DNA from: Bacteriovoracaceae bacterium
GTDB taxonomy: Bacteria > Bdellovibrionota > UBA2428
NCBI GenBank assembly: GCA_947467125.1
Contig: CANIGN010000001.1
Location: forward strand, 1 to 45,590
Direction: 5' to 3'
Length of the DNA: 45,590 bases
Shown here: piece after piece, positions 8,930-17,270 of the stretch
Layout: each line of letters opens with the position of its first letter
Numbering within the stretch: the first letter of the stretch is position 1
Notes under the pieces: generated by a model
Told to the model about the DNA's origin: nothing
Seen by the model: only the letters and a program-made list of their open reading frames with translations
Databases searched by the model: none
Position numbers and translations under genes: made by a program

Positions 8930-10777
8930 ATGTACATCTTGGGTATTTCCAGTTTTTATCATGATAGCGCTGCAGCCCTTCTCTTAAATGGAGAAATTAT
9001 TGCAGCCGTTCAAGAAGAGCGCTTCACCCGAAAAAAACACGATAGCCGTTTTCCTGAAAACGCGATTCTTTATTGTCTCAAAGAAGCCAACATTAGCCTG
9101 TCCGATGTAAGTGCTGTTGTTTTTTATGATAAACCTTTTATTAAGTTTGAACGGCTTATAGAAACTTACCTTTCTTATGCTCCCTCAGGCATTTCTTCTT
9201 TTTTAAAAGCCATACCCGTATGGCTAAAAGATAAGCTCTACTTAAAAAAACTCATTAAAAAGGAACTTTCATCATTATCTCACTTAAAAGAAAGAGATCT
9301 TCCCAAAATTCTTTTTACTGAGCACCACCAGTCTCACGCTGCTTCTGCTTTTTACCCAAGCCCATTTAAGGAAGCGGTAGTACTCTGTTTAGATGGAGTC
9401 GGTGAATGGGCAACTTCTTCAGTCTGGCTTGGGAACAAAAATCAACTAAATCCTCTTTGGGAAATAAACTTCCCCCATTCCCTTGGAATGCTTTATTCCG
9501 CATTCACTTATTACACGGGATTTAAAGTAAACTCTGGGGAATATAAACTCATGGGTCTTGCTCCTTATGGCCAACCCTCATACGTAAATGAAATATTAGA
9601 CAATCTAATTGACCTTAAAGAAGACGGAACCTTTCGACTCAATATGAGTTATTTTAGCTTTGCGAACGGACTCACAATGACAAATGAAAAATTTGATCAA
9701 TTGTTTGGAGGCCCTCCCCGGAAGGCAGAGGGTACCCTCACGCAAAAAGACATGGACCTTGCGCGCTCTATTCAACATGTAACAGAAGAAGTCGTTCTTC
9801 GTCTTGGTCGCTCCATCCACAAAGAAACAAAGCAAGATTACTTATGTATGGCTGGTGGAGTTGCTTTAAATTGTGTCGCAAACGGAAGGCTTCTTCGCGA
9901 AGGTCCATTTAAAGAAATATGGGTTCAACCAGCTGCAGGTGATGCTGGAGGTGCCTTGGGAGCTGCCCTATCTGCCTGGTATCAATATTACAATAAAGAA
10001 CGAAATTTAAATTCCCATGATCTTGATTTCATGAAGGGGTCTTATCTGGGCCCATCTTTTGACACAAAAGACATTGAAGAATCTCTTCAAAAACAAAAAG
10101 CTCATTTCGAACACGTTGAAGATGAAAATATTTTCTTTGATAAAGTTGCTCAGGTTCTTGCAGATGGAAATGTTGTCGGATGGTTCCAGGGACGAATGGA
10201 ATTTGGCCCCCGAGCTCTTGGTGCAAGATCCATCATTGGTGATCCAAGAAACCAAAAAATGCAGTCGGTTATGAATCTTAAAATCAAATATCGAGAGTCG
10301 TTTCGTCCCTTTGCTCCTGCGCTTCTCGAAGAAGAAGTGAGTGAATACTTTGAATTCAATGCTCGAAGCCCCTACATGCTTATGGTGGCACCTGTAAAAG
10401 AGCGCCTTCGGATCAAAATGACCGAAGAACAAGAAAAACTTTTTGGAATCGAAAAGTTAAATATTCCTCGTTCCTCCATGCCTGCAATTACACATGTCGA
10501 TTATTCTGCAAGACTTCAGACAGTTAATAAAAAAACAAATTCGCGATTTTTCAAACTCTTAACTCATTTCAAAGCGATTACAGGCTGCCCTGTTCTTGTA
10601 AACACCTCATTCAATGTTCGCGGAGAACCCCTCGTGTGCTCAATTGAAGATGCCTATCGATGCTTCATGAGAACAGAAATGGATTATCTGATCATTGAGA
10701 ATTTTATATTAGCTAAAGGGACTCAGCCTAAATGGGAAGAGAGTTCAGATTGGAAATCAGAGTATGAGCTTGACTAG
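8930..10777 (+). CDS. O-carbamoyltransferase, CmcH/NodU/SxtI family
   Basis: ILGISSFYHDSAA, QEERFTRKKH, EHHQSHAASAF, DGVGE, GEYKLMGLAPYG, GGVALN, EFGPRALGARS, RESFRPFAP, NTSFNVRGEP. Confidence 0.96.
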   Translation: MYILGISSFYHDSAAALLLNGEIIAAVQEERFTRKKHDSRFPENAILYCLKEANISLSDVSAVVFYDKPFIKFERLIETYLSYAPSGISSFLKAIPVWLKDKLYLKKLIKKELSSLSHLKERDLPKILFTEHHQSHAASAFYPSPFKEAVVLCLDGVGEWATSSVWLGNKNQLNPLWEINFPHSLGMLYSAFTYYTGFKVNSGEYKLMGLAPYGQPSYVNEILDNLIDLKEDGTFRLNMSYFSFANGLTMTNEKFDQLFGGPPRKAEGTLTQKDMDLARSIQHVTEEVVLRLGRSIHKETKQDYLCMAGGVALNCVANGRLLREGPFKEIWVQPAAGDAGGALGAALSAWYQYYNKERNLNSHDLDFMKGSYLGPSFDTKDIEESLQKQKAHFEHVEDENIFFDKVAQVLADGNVVGWFQGRMEFGPRALGARSIIGDPRNQKMQSVMNLKIKYRESFRPFAPALLEEEVSEYFEFNARSPYMLMVAPVKERLRIKMTEEQEKLFGIEKLNIPRSSMPAITHVDYSARLQTVNKKTNSRFFKLLTHFKAITGCPVLVNTSFNVRGEPLVCSIEDAYRCFMRTEMDYLIIENFILAKGTQPKWEESSDWKSEYELD

Positions 10778-11186
10778 TTCTGTAGACCCAAAAAAACTAA
10801 GTCCTAAAGAGTTACAAAATTACGGATTCCTCATGGCAGGAATATTTTCTATTGTTTTTGGACTCATCTTTCCCCTTATGAAAAAACACAGTATTCCAAT
10901 GTGGCCCTGGATTTTGGCCCTTTGCTTTTTTCTACCTGCAGTTTTTTGGCCTCAGGGACTTTCTCCAGTCTATCGACTTTGGATGAAAGTGGGCGCTACC
11001 TTGGGTTTCATCAATACAACGATTATTCTTACTGTTGTTTTTTTTGTTATCTTCACTCCAGCAAGTTTTATTCTACGGCTTCTTGGAAAAGATCCTATGA
11101 AACGAAAATACGAACCTAAGAGCTCAAGTTATCGTGAAATAAAAACAGAAAACAATTCTGGATTAAAAATGGAGGAGCCTTACTAA
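10764..11186 (+). CDS. SxtJ family membrane protein
   Basis: Pattern PVYRLWMKVG..LGFINTTIIL..FFVIFTP...LRLLGKDPMKRK...SSYR...MEEPY; follows the carbamoyltransferase. Confidence 0.88.
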   Translation: MSLTSSVDPKKLSPKELQNYGFLMAGIFSIVFGLIFPLMKKHSIPMWPWILALCFFLPAVFWPQGLSPVYRLWMKVGATLGFINTTIILTVVFFVIFTPASFILRLLGKDPMKRKYEPKSSSYREIKTENNSGLKMEEPY

Positions 11187-11338
11187 TGATTGATTTTTTT
11201 AAAGACCTATTTTCTTTCCTAAAAAAACGAAAGAAATTTTGGTTACTTCCCATCATCATCGTCCTTCTCTTGTTAGGAACGCTCCTCGTACTTAGCCAAG
11301 GGTCAGCGGTCGCCCCCTTTATTTATACAATTTTTTAA
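11186..11338 (+). CDS. SxtK/DUF5989 family small membrane protein (absent from ORF track)
   Basis: Translated by hand: MIDFFKDLFSFLKKRKKFWLLPIIIVLLLLGTLLVLSQGSAVAPFIYTIF (50 aa). TAATG overlap with the upstream gene and GGAGGAG Shine-Dalgarno. Confidence 0.93.
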   Translation: MIDFFKDLFSFLKKRKKFWLLPIIIVLLLLGTLLVLSQGSAVAPFIYTIF

Positions 11339-11346
11339 ATTTTAAA

Positions 11347-12438
11347 ATGTTAAAGGAAGGCATACTTTCTCTTTCAAATTCGATGCAGTTTTCGGGATCT
11401 ATTTCTGGATCTGCATCCACCTGTAGCGGAGAACTTGTCTTCACTACCGGAATGGTTGGATACAGCGAAGCTTTAACAGACCCGTCTTATTACGGACAAA
11501 TTCTTGTTTTCACTTTTCCTCTTATTGGCAATTATGGGGTTCCTCGTTTAAGAGAATCGAATTCAAAACTTCTCTCTCTTGGTTTTGAAAGCGAAAAAGT
11601 TAGAGTTGCGGGTGTCATTATAAGCGATCCTTCTCTCGAGGCCTTTCATTGGCGAAGTGAAAAACCGATCCTGAAGTGGCTTAATGAATCAAAGATTCCT
11701 GTTCTGACTGGTGTCGACACTCGTCACTTGGTGCAAATTATACGAAGTACTCCGGGTCTACTTGCCTCTATTAATCCTCAAAACAATTCTTATGATGATT
11801 TGAAAAAACCTAGAGCATTTTTTGATCCTTCCGCAGAAAATATATTGCCGAAAGTTTCTTCCACCCAAAGAAAAATATTGGGCCAGGGAAAGAAAAGAAT
11901 TGGATTGCTAGATTGCGGAGTCAAATGGAGCATCGTTCGACAACTCATCAATAACAATTGCGAGGTAGAAATTTTACCTTGGGATACAGATCTCACGAGT
12001 GTCGATTGTAATGCCTGGGTACTTAGCAATGGTCCTGGTGATCCAGATAAGACAGGCCCTCTCAAACAGAACGTTGCAGATCTTCTTAAGCAAAAAAGAC
12101 CCATTCTCGGTATATGCCTAGGACATCAAATACTTGCACTCGCAGCAGGGGCTCAAACGGAACGTTTACGATTTGGCCATCGAAGCCATAACCAACCCGT
12201 TGTCGATTTAAAAACTGGTAAAGGATATCTTACCAGCCAAAATCATGGTTATGTTGTTATAGAAAAGACTCTTTCGACAGAGTGGAAACCCTGGTTTAAA
12301 AATGCCAATGACTTTTCGATTGAAGGTATTATTCACGAATCAAATTCTTTTCGAAGTGTTCAATTTCATCCTGAAGCTGCAGGTGGTCCAAGAGATACAG
12401 GATGGATCATTGATGAATTTGTGAGGGACTTATTATAA
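11347..12438 (+). CDS. carA: Carbamoyl-phosphate synthase small (glutaminase) subunit
   Basis: GELVFTTGMVGY, TDPSY, LSNGPGDP, catalytic GICLGHQ, SQNHGY, QFHPE. Confidence 0.96.
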   Translation: MLKEGILSLSNSMQFSGSISGSASTCSGELVFTTGMVGYSEALTDPSYYGQILVFTFPLIGNYGVPRLRESNSKLLSLGFESEKVRVAGVIISDPSLEAFHWRSEKPILKWLNESKIPVLTGVDTRHLVQIIRSTPGLLASINPQNNSYDDLKKPRAFFDPSAENILPKVSSTQRKILGQGKKRIGLLDCGVKWSIVRQLINNNCEVEILPWDTDLTSVDCNAWVLSNGPGDPDKTGPLKQNVADLLKQKRPILGICLGHQILALAAGAQTERLRFGHRSHNQPVVDLKTGKGYLTSQNHGYVVIEKTLSTEWKPWFKNANDFSIEGIIHESNSFRSVQFHPEAAGGPRDTGWIIDEFVRDLL

Positions 12439-15400
12439 ACTCATCAAAATTTCCTATTTTTTCTCATCTTAAACATCCTCCCAAAATTATTTTATTGGGC
12501 TCAGGAGGTCTCTCTATAGGTCAAGCAGGTGAGTTTGACTATTCTGGGACTCAAGCAATCAAAGCATTTACAGAGGCCGGTATACACGTTGTACTCATCA
12601 ACCCTAACATCGCAACAGTTCAAACGAATCCCTCTCAAGGATTGACTGTCTATCTTTACCCCATTGAAACCGAATGGGTTGAACATATCATTAAGAAAGA
12701 AAAACCAGATGGAATTGTAGCAGGTTTTGGGGGGCAAACTGCTTTAAATTGTGTCCTCAAACTCCAAGAAGCTGGAATCCTAAAAAAGCACAATGTTCTA
12801 AATTTAGGAACTGATTTTAAAGGTTTACGTCTTGCGGAGAACAGAGAAGAGTTTTCCAAACATATTGAAAAACTTGGAATGCCTGTTTTACCTAGCCGTG
12901 CTGTTTCCAAAGTTGAAGATGCCGTTGATGCTGGAAAAGAGATTGGTTATCCGGTAATCATTCGCGCAGCCTACGCATTGGGTGGCTTGGGAAGCGGAAT
13001 TGCAAACAATCAATCTGAACTCAAAAACTTAGCAGAGTTAGCTTTTGTTCGATCAGATCAAATATTAATTGAAAAATCACTTTGGGGCTGGAAAGAACTC
13101 GAATACGAAGTCATGCGAGATCAATTCAATAATTCCATCGCAATTTGCAACATGGAAAACATTGATCCGCTAGGAATTCATACGGGAGACTCTATTGTCG
13201 TCGCTCCAAGCCAAACGCTTTCTGATGATGAATATCAAACATTAAGAAACGCAGCTCTTAAAATTGCAAGCTCCCTTGAAGTCATTGGTGAATGTAATGT
13301 TCAATTTGCTTTAAACCCAGTAAAGAATGAATTCTACGTTATCGAAGTAAACCCTCGGCTTTCACGTTCAAGCGCGCTCGCAAGTAAAGCAACAGGATAT
13401 CCTATTGCTTACATTGCGGCCCAAGTTATATTGGGTAACTCGCTCCTCAACATTACGAATCCAGTAACAGGAGTTACCTGCGCACTTTTTGAACCCTCAA
13501 TGGATTACATAGCCATTAAAGTTCCCCGATGGGATCTTCAAAAATTTCATAATGTATCCCACCAGCTTGGGTCAGCAATGAAATCAGTTGGTGAAGTTAT
13601 GGCTATTGGACGAAACCTAGGAGAAACTTTTCAAAAAGCCATAAGGATGGTTAACGAAAATGCAATGGGAATCACTCGACATCGTGTGGAAACCGATTCA
13701 TTTGAGGTCAACCTAAAAAACCCCACTGAAACCCGCATCTTTTCTGTAATAGACGCTTTTCGTTTTGGCTATAAAATCGATGAAATTTATGCCCACTCAT
13801 TTATCGACAAATGGTTTCTTTTTGAATTTCAAAAAATAGTTGAAGTTGAAAAAGAAATTCTAGGTTTTTTTAGAAAACTAAATTCTTTAGATTTTAAAAA
13901 AATAGAATCCGGAACTTGGAAAAGATGGAAAACACATGGTTTTTCTGATGTTCAGATTGCCGCTTACGCTCTTCAATACGATTTAACCAAAAGCAGTGGA
14001 AACAATCCGCCCATGTCGGAAATATACGCACTCTCCCTTAAAATACGTGAAGCAAGAATAAAATCAGGAATAAAACCTGTCGCCAAAAGAATTGATACCT
14101 CAGCGGGGGAATATCCAACCTCCTCTAATTATTTCTATCTAACTTACAATGGAGATTTCAACGACGAGATCTTAGGCTCATCAGAAAAAAAATCAGCGTT
14201 AGTTATTGGCTGTGGTCCTTATAGAATTGGAACAAGTGTTGAATTTGATTGGTGCGGTGTCGAGTCTTCCAAAACTATGGGTCAAATGGGATGGCGTAGA
14301 ACAGTTGTGAATTGTAATCCCGAAACTGTATCAACTGACTATAACTCTTCTGATATTTTATTTTTCGAAGAGATGAGTATCGAAAGACTTCTCGATATTT
14401 TAGACATTAATCAAACAGACGGTGTTATTGGATGCATGGGTGGACAAGCCCCAAACAGTTTAGCTTTAAAACTATCGGATGCAAAAATTCAAATGTTTGG
14501 ACATTCTGCTGAAAGTATTGAAAAAGCAGAAAACCGAAGTAAGTTTTCAAAGATTCTTGATGAATTAGAAATCGATCAACCTCAATGGTGTTCCGCAACA
14601 AGCCGTTTTGAAATTGATCAGTTTATAAAATCTGTTGGCTTTCCAGTTTTAGTACGTCCTAGTTACGTTTTATCAGGGGCAGCAATGAAAGTTGCATATG
14701 ATTTTGATTCTTTAAATCGATTTCTAGATGCTGCCACTGAAGTTTCTTCAAGTTGCCCAGTTGTGATTTCGGAATTCATGGTCGACGCAAAAGAAATTGA
14801 AATGGATGGCGTTTCCCAAAACGGAAAAATTATAAAATCATTTCTAAGTGAACATATAGAAAATGCGGGTATTCATTCTGGCGACGCGACATTGATTTAC
14901 CCAACTCAATCTTTATCTTCTACTCAAAAAACATCATTTAATACCATTGGAGAATCCATATCCAAAGCCTTGAATCTGAACGGTCCTTTTAATATTCAAT
15001 TTCTCTTACGCAACAACAAGCCAATGGTCATTGAATGTAACGCCAGAGCTTCCCGCTCCTTTCCTTTCATTTCGAAAGTCAGCGGAATAAATCTAGCCAA
15101 ATTAGCAACCCAAGTTATACTAGCACCCGAATCAATCGACCTTAATAAAAGCTCTCCTAAGAGAAATGAAATTGGAGTTAAATCAGCATTATTTAGTTTT
15201 TCAAGACTTAAAGGAGCAGACCCGATTAGTGGAGTCGAAATGGTCTCTACTGGTGAAGTTGCTTGTGTTGCAGAAAGTCTCGAAGAAGCGCTCCTACTGT
15301 CCTTACAGTCTTCATTTTTCAAAAAACCTCTCAAGGGAATTTTAGTTAGCTCAGGACGAGATATCGAAAAAGAAAAGTTCCTTAACTTAATGCCTTTTTT

Positions 15401-15734
15401 AGAAAAATTAGGTGTTAATGTTTATGCAACATCTGGAACGGCTGCACATCTATCTTCAAAGGGGCATAAAGTACATTTAGCAACATGGCCAAATGAATCA
15501 GGACTCAACAACGTCATCGATTTAATACAAAAAGGAAAAGTTGACCTTGTGATCAACGTTCCTAAAAATTATGAGTCCTCTGAAATTAACGCTGGCCTCG
15601 AAATTCGCCATGCAGCCATTCAAAATGGATGCACACTTCTGACAAACATGGAAAAAACCGTTGCCTTCCTTGAAGCTTTAGAGAAAACAGAAAAAGGCTT
15701 TAACCAACCAAAATCACTTTTACCCTTCAATTAA
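12435..15734 (+). CDS. carB: Carbamoyl-phosphate synthase large subunit; start probably non-canonical (ATA 12435 or a nearby ATT)
   Basis: GSGGLSIGQAGEFDYSG, IHTGDS, EVNPRLSRSSALASKATGYP, NPETVSTDY, RPSYVLSG and a C-terminal MGS-like domain. The conserved KIILL strand lies upstream of the first TTG (12495). Start coordinate is uncertain. Confidence 0.92.
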   Translation: MNSSKFPIFSHLKHPPKIILLGSGGLSIGQAGEFDYSGTQAIKAFTEAGIHVVLINPNIATVQTNPSQGLTVYLYPIETEWVEHIIKKEKPDGIVAGFGGQTALNCVLKLQEAGILKKHNVLNLGTDFKGLRLAENREEFSKHIEKLGMPVLPSRAVSKVEDAVDAGKEIGYPVIIRAAYALGGLGSGIANNQSELKNLAELAFVRSDQILIEKSLWGWKELEYEVMRDQFNNSIAICNMENIDPLGIHTGDSIVVAPSQTLSDDEYQTLRNAALKIASSLEVIGECNVQFALNPVKNEFYVIEVNPRLSRSSALASKATGYPIAYIAAQVILGNSLLNITNPVTGVTCALFEPSMDYIAIKVPRWDLQKFHNVSHQLGSAMKSVGEVMAIGRNLGETFQKAIRMVNENAMGITRHRVETDSFEVNLKNPTETRIFSVIDAFRFGYKIDEIYAHSFIDKWFLFEFQKIVEVEKEILGFFRKLNSLDFKKIESGTWKRWKTHGFSDVQIAAYALQYDLTKSSGNNPPMSEIYALSLKIREARIKSGIKPVAKRIDTSAGEYPTSSNYFYLTYNGDFNDEILGSSEKKSALVIGCGPYRIGTSVEFDWCGVESSKTMGQMGWRRTVVNCNPETVSTDYNSSDILFFEEMSIERLLDILDINQTDGVIGCMGGQAPNSLALKLSDAKIQMFGHSAESIEKAENRSKFSKILDELEIDQPQWCSATSRFEIDQFIKSVGFPVLVRPSYVLSGAAMKVAYDFDSLNRFLDAATEVSSSCPVVISEFMVDAKEIEMDGVSQNGKIIKSFLSEHIENAGIHSGDATLIYPTQSLSSTQKTSFNTIGESISKALNLNGPFNIQFLLRNNKPMVIECNARASRSFPFISKVSGINLAKLATQVILAPESIDLNKSSPKRNEIGVKSALFSFSRLKGADPISGVEMVSTGEVACVAESLEEALLLSLQSSFFKKPLKGILVSSGRDIEKEKFLNLMPFLEKLGVNVYATSGTAAHLSSKGHKVHLATWPNESGLNNVIDLIQKGKVDLVINVPKNYESSEINAGLEIRHAAIQNGCTLLTNMEKTVAFLEALEKTEKGFNQPKSLLPFN

Positions 15735-15761
15735 ATTAATTTTTTTATATTTCGTGTTTGA

Positions 15762-16367
15762 TTAATCCTGAAAAAATCCATTCGGAACATATTTTTCTAG
15801 TTCTCGACTCGGCAAAAACAAAAGAGGATCCAAAGGATCTGATCCCTTACGGATCTCAAAGTGCAAGTGGTTTGCTTGAGCTCGACCGGTTCGTCCCATT
15901 AACCCCAAAACCTCTCCTGCCTTCAGCTCCTGGCCCCGTTTAACTTTGTACTTTGATAAATGAGCATAGAGCGAAGACCAGCCCCCTCCATGATATACCA
16001 CGACAGTTTTTCCGTAGCCTTTTACAAAAGCGACATCGACCACTTTTCCGTCACAAGACGTGTGAATCTTATCTCCATGACGGCCCCCGAGATCGAGACC
16101 CTCATGCATGCGTTCACCTTTTTTTCGCTCGCCTTTTTTTCTCCATCCAAAAAAACTAGCCACACGAGGTTTACCCTCTACAGGCCAAACAAAGGAAAGA
16201 GTTTGAGTTGGAACACCGTCTTTTTTGTCTTTTGAACTTTCAGCAAGAATACTTTCATCTAAAGACTCACGCGAACGAGTGGCTTCGCTTTGACTCAAAC
16301 TCGTTGTGCATGAAAACATAAAAAACATGCACACGATCGCAAATGTTTGAGACAAAATTTTATTCAC
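15762..16367 (-). CDS. M23 family peptidase lipoprotein (NlpD-like)
   Basis: Lipobox FMFSC; HEGLDL (HxxxD), YAHL, HLHFEIR (HxH); directly downstream of surE. Confidence 0.92.
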   Translation of the reverse strand: MNKILSQTFAIVCMFFMFSCTTSLSQSEATRSRESLDESILAESSKDKKDGVPTQTLSFVWPVEGKPRVASFFGWRKKGERKKGERMHEGLDLGGRHGDKIHTSCDGKVVDVAFVKGYGKTVVVYHGGGWSSLYAHLSKYKVKRGQELKAGEVLGLMGRTGRAQANHLHFEIRKGSDPLDPLLFLPSRELEKYVPNGFFQD

Positions 16368-16382
16368 TTTTAAAAAAACCTA

Positions 16383-17231
16383 TTACTTTTTGAAAGTCTT
16401 TTTCTTTTTGACTTTCATTTTGGGTGTATCACTTGAATTCTTCTTTAACAAATTACCCAAATTCCATTGCTCGAGCTCACCCAAGAAGTCGTACTGAGTA
16501 ATGTCGATTCTTAAGGGAGTTACAGAAATATACTGTTGATCAACAGCCATACAATCAGAACTCTCAATGGGTTCAAATCCCATGTATTCCCCACCCAACC
16601 AGTAATAAGGCTTATTCCTTTGATCTTGGCGCTTTTCAATTTTCTTAGAATAAATTCGAAAACCTTGCTTCGCGACTTTGACTCCTTTGACTTTTGAGAG
16701 AGGCAAATTTGGAAAATTAATATTCAAAAGACAACGATGAGGAAGCCCTTCAATCGCAACCTTCTGCGCAACTTTTCGAACAAAAGAAGCGGCATCTTCA
16801 AAGTGAGCTTCTTTATGCACTCCCGGTTCAAAATGAAAATCCATAGAAGCCGCGATCGAAGGAATATTCAACAAAGCTCCTTCGCGAGCCGCTGCGACTG
16901 TTCCTGAATAAAAAATATCGTTTCCTAAATTCACTCCTCGATTGATTCCAGAAATAATCACATGAGGAGGTTTTTTCATCACATGACGCAAACCCATGTA
17001 GACACAATCTGCAGGAGTTCCGCTCAAACAATAAACATCGAGATTTTTTTCATGATGAACTGAATACAGACGCACAGGTTTATGCAAAGTCAATGCATGC
17101 CCCATCGTAGATTGTTCCCGCTCAGGAGCCACAACTGTGACATGTCCAATTGTCTTTAAAGCGTTCGAGAGAGCGGTCAACCCCTGACTCTCTACTCCAT
17201 CATCGTTTGCTAATAAAAAGCGCAGTTCCAT
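16383..17231 (-). CDS. surE: 5'/3'-nucleotidase SurE
   Basis: NDDG, GTPADCV, SGINRGVNLG, YSGTVAAA. Confidence 0.96.
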   Translation of the reverse strand: MELRFLLANDDGVESQGLTALSNALKTIGHVTVVAPEREQSTMGHALTLHKPVRLYSVHHEKNLDVYCLSGTPADCVYMGLRHVMKKPPHVIISGINRGVNLGNDIFYSGTVAAAREGALLNIPSIAASMDFHFEPGVHKEAHFEDAASFVRKVAQKVAIEGLPHRCLLNINFPNLPLSKVKGVKVAKQGFRIYSKKIEKRQDQRNKPYYWLGGEYMGFEPIESSDCMAVDQQYISVTPLRIDITQYDFLGELEQWNLGNLLKKNSSDTPKMKVKKKKTFKK

Positions 17232-17270
17232 CTCTTGAATGATTCTAGCAGGCAGCTAAGATAAAATGCG

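Noticed and set aside
8930..11338. Saxitoxin biosynthesis cluster
   Set aside because: Only sxtI/J/K-like genes are present. There is no sxtA, sxtG or other core gene, and this trio is widespread in non-producers.
12417..12440. Programmed -1 frameshift fusing carA and carB
   Set aside because: No X XXY YYZ slippery heptamer or clear downstream structure; kept only as a minor alternative to non-canonical initiation.
8872..15762. TTTGAT at 8872-8877 and 15757-15762 as a target-site duplication around the carbamoyl cassette
   Set aside because: The position is suggestive, but a 6-bp AT-rich match is expected by chance, and there is no integrase, transposase or terminal inverted repeat.
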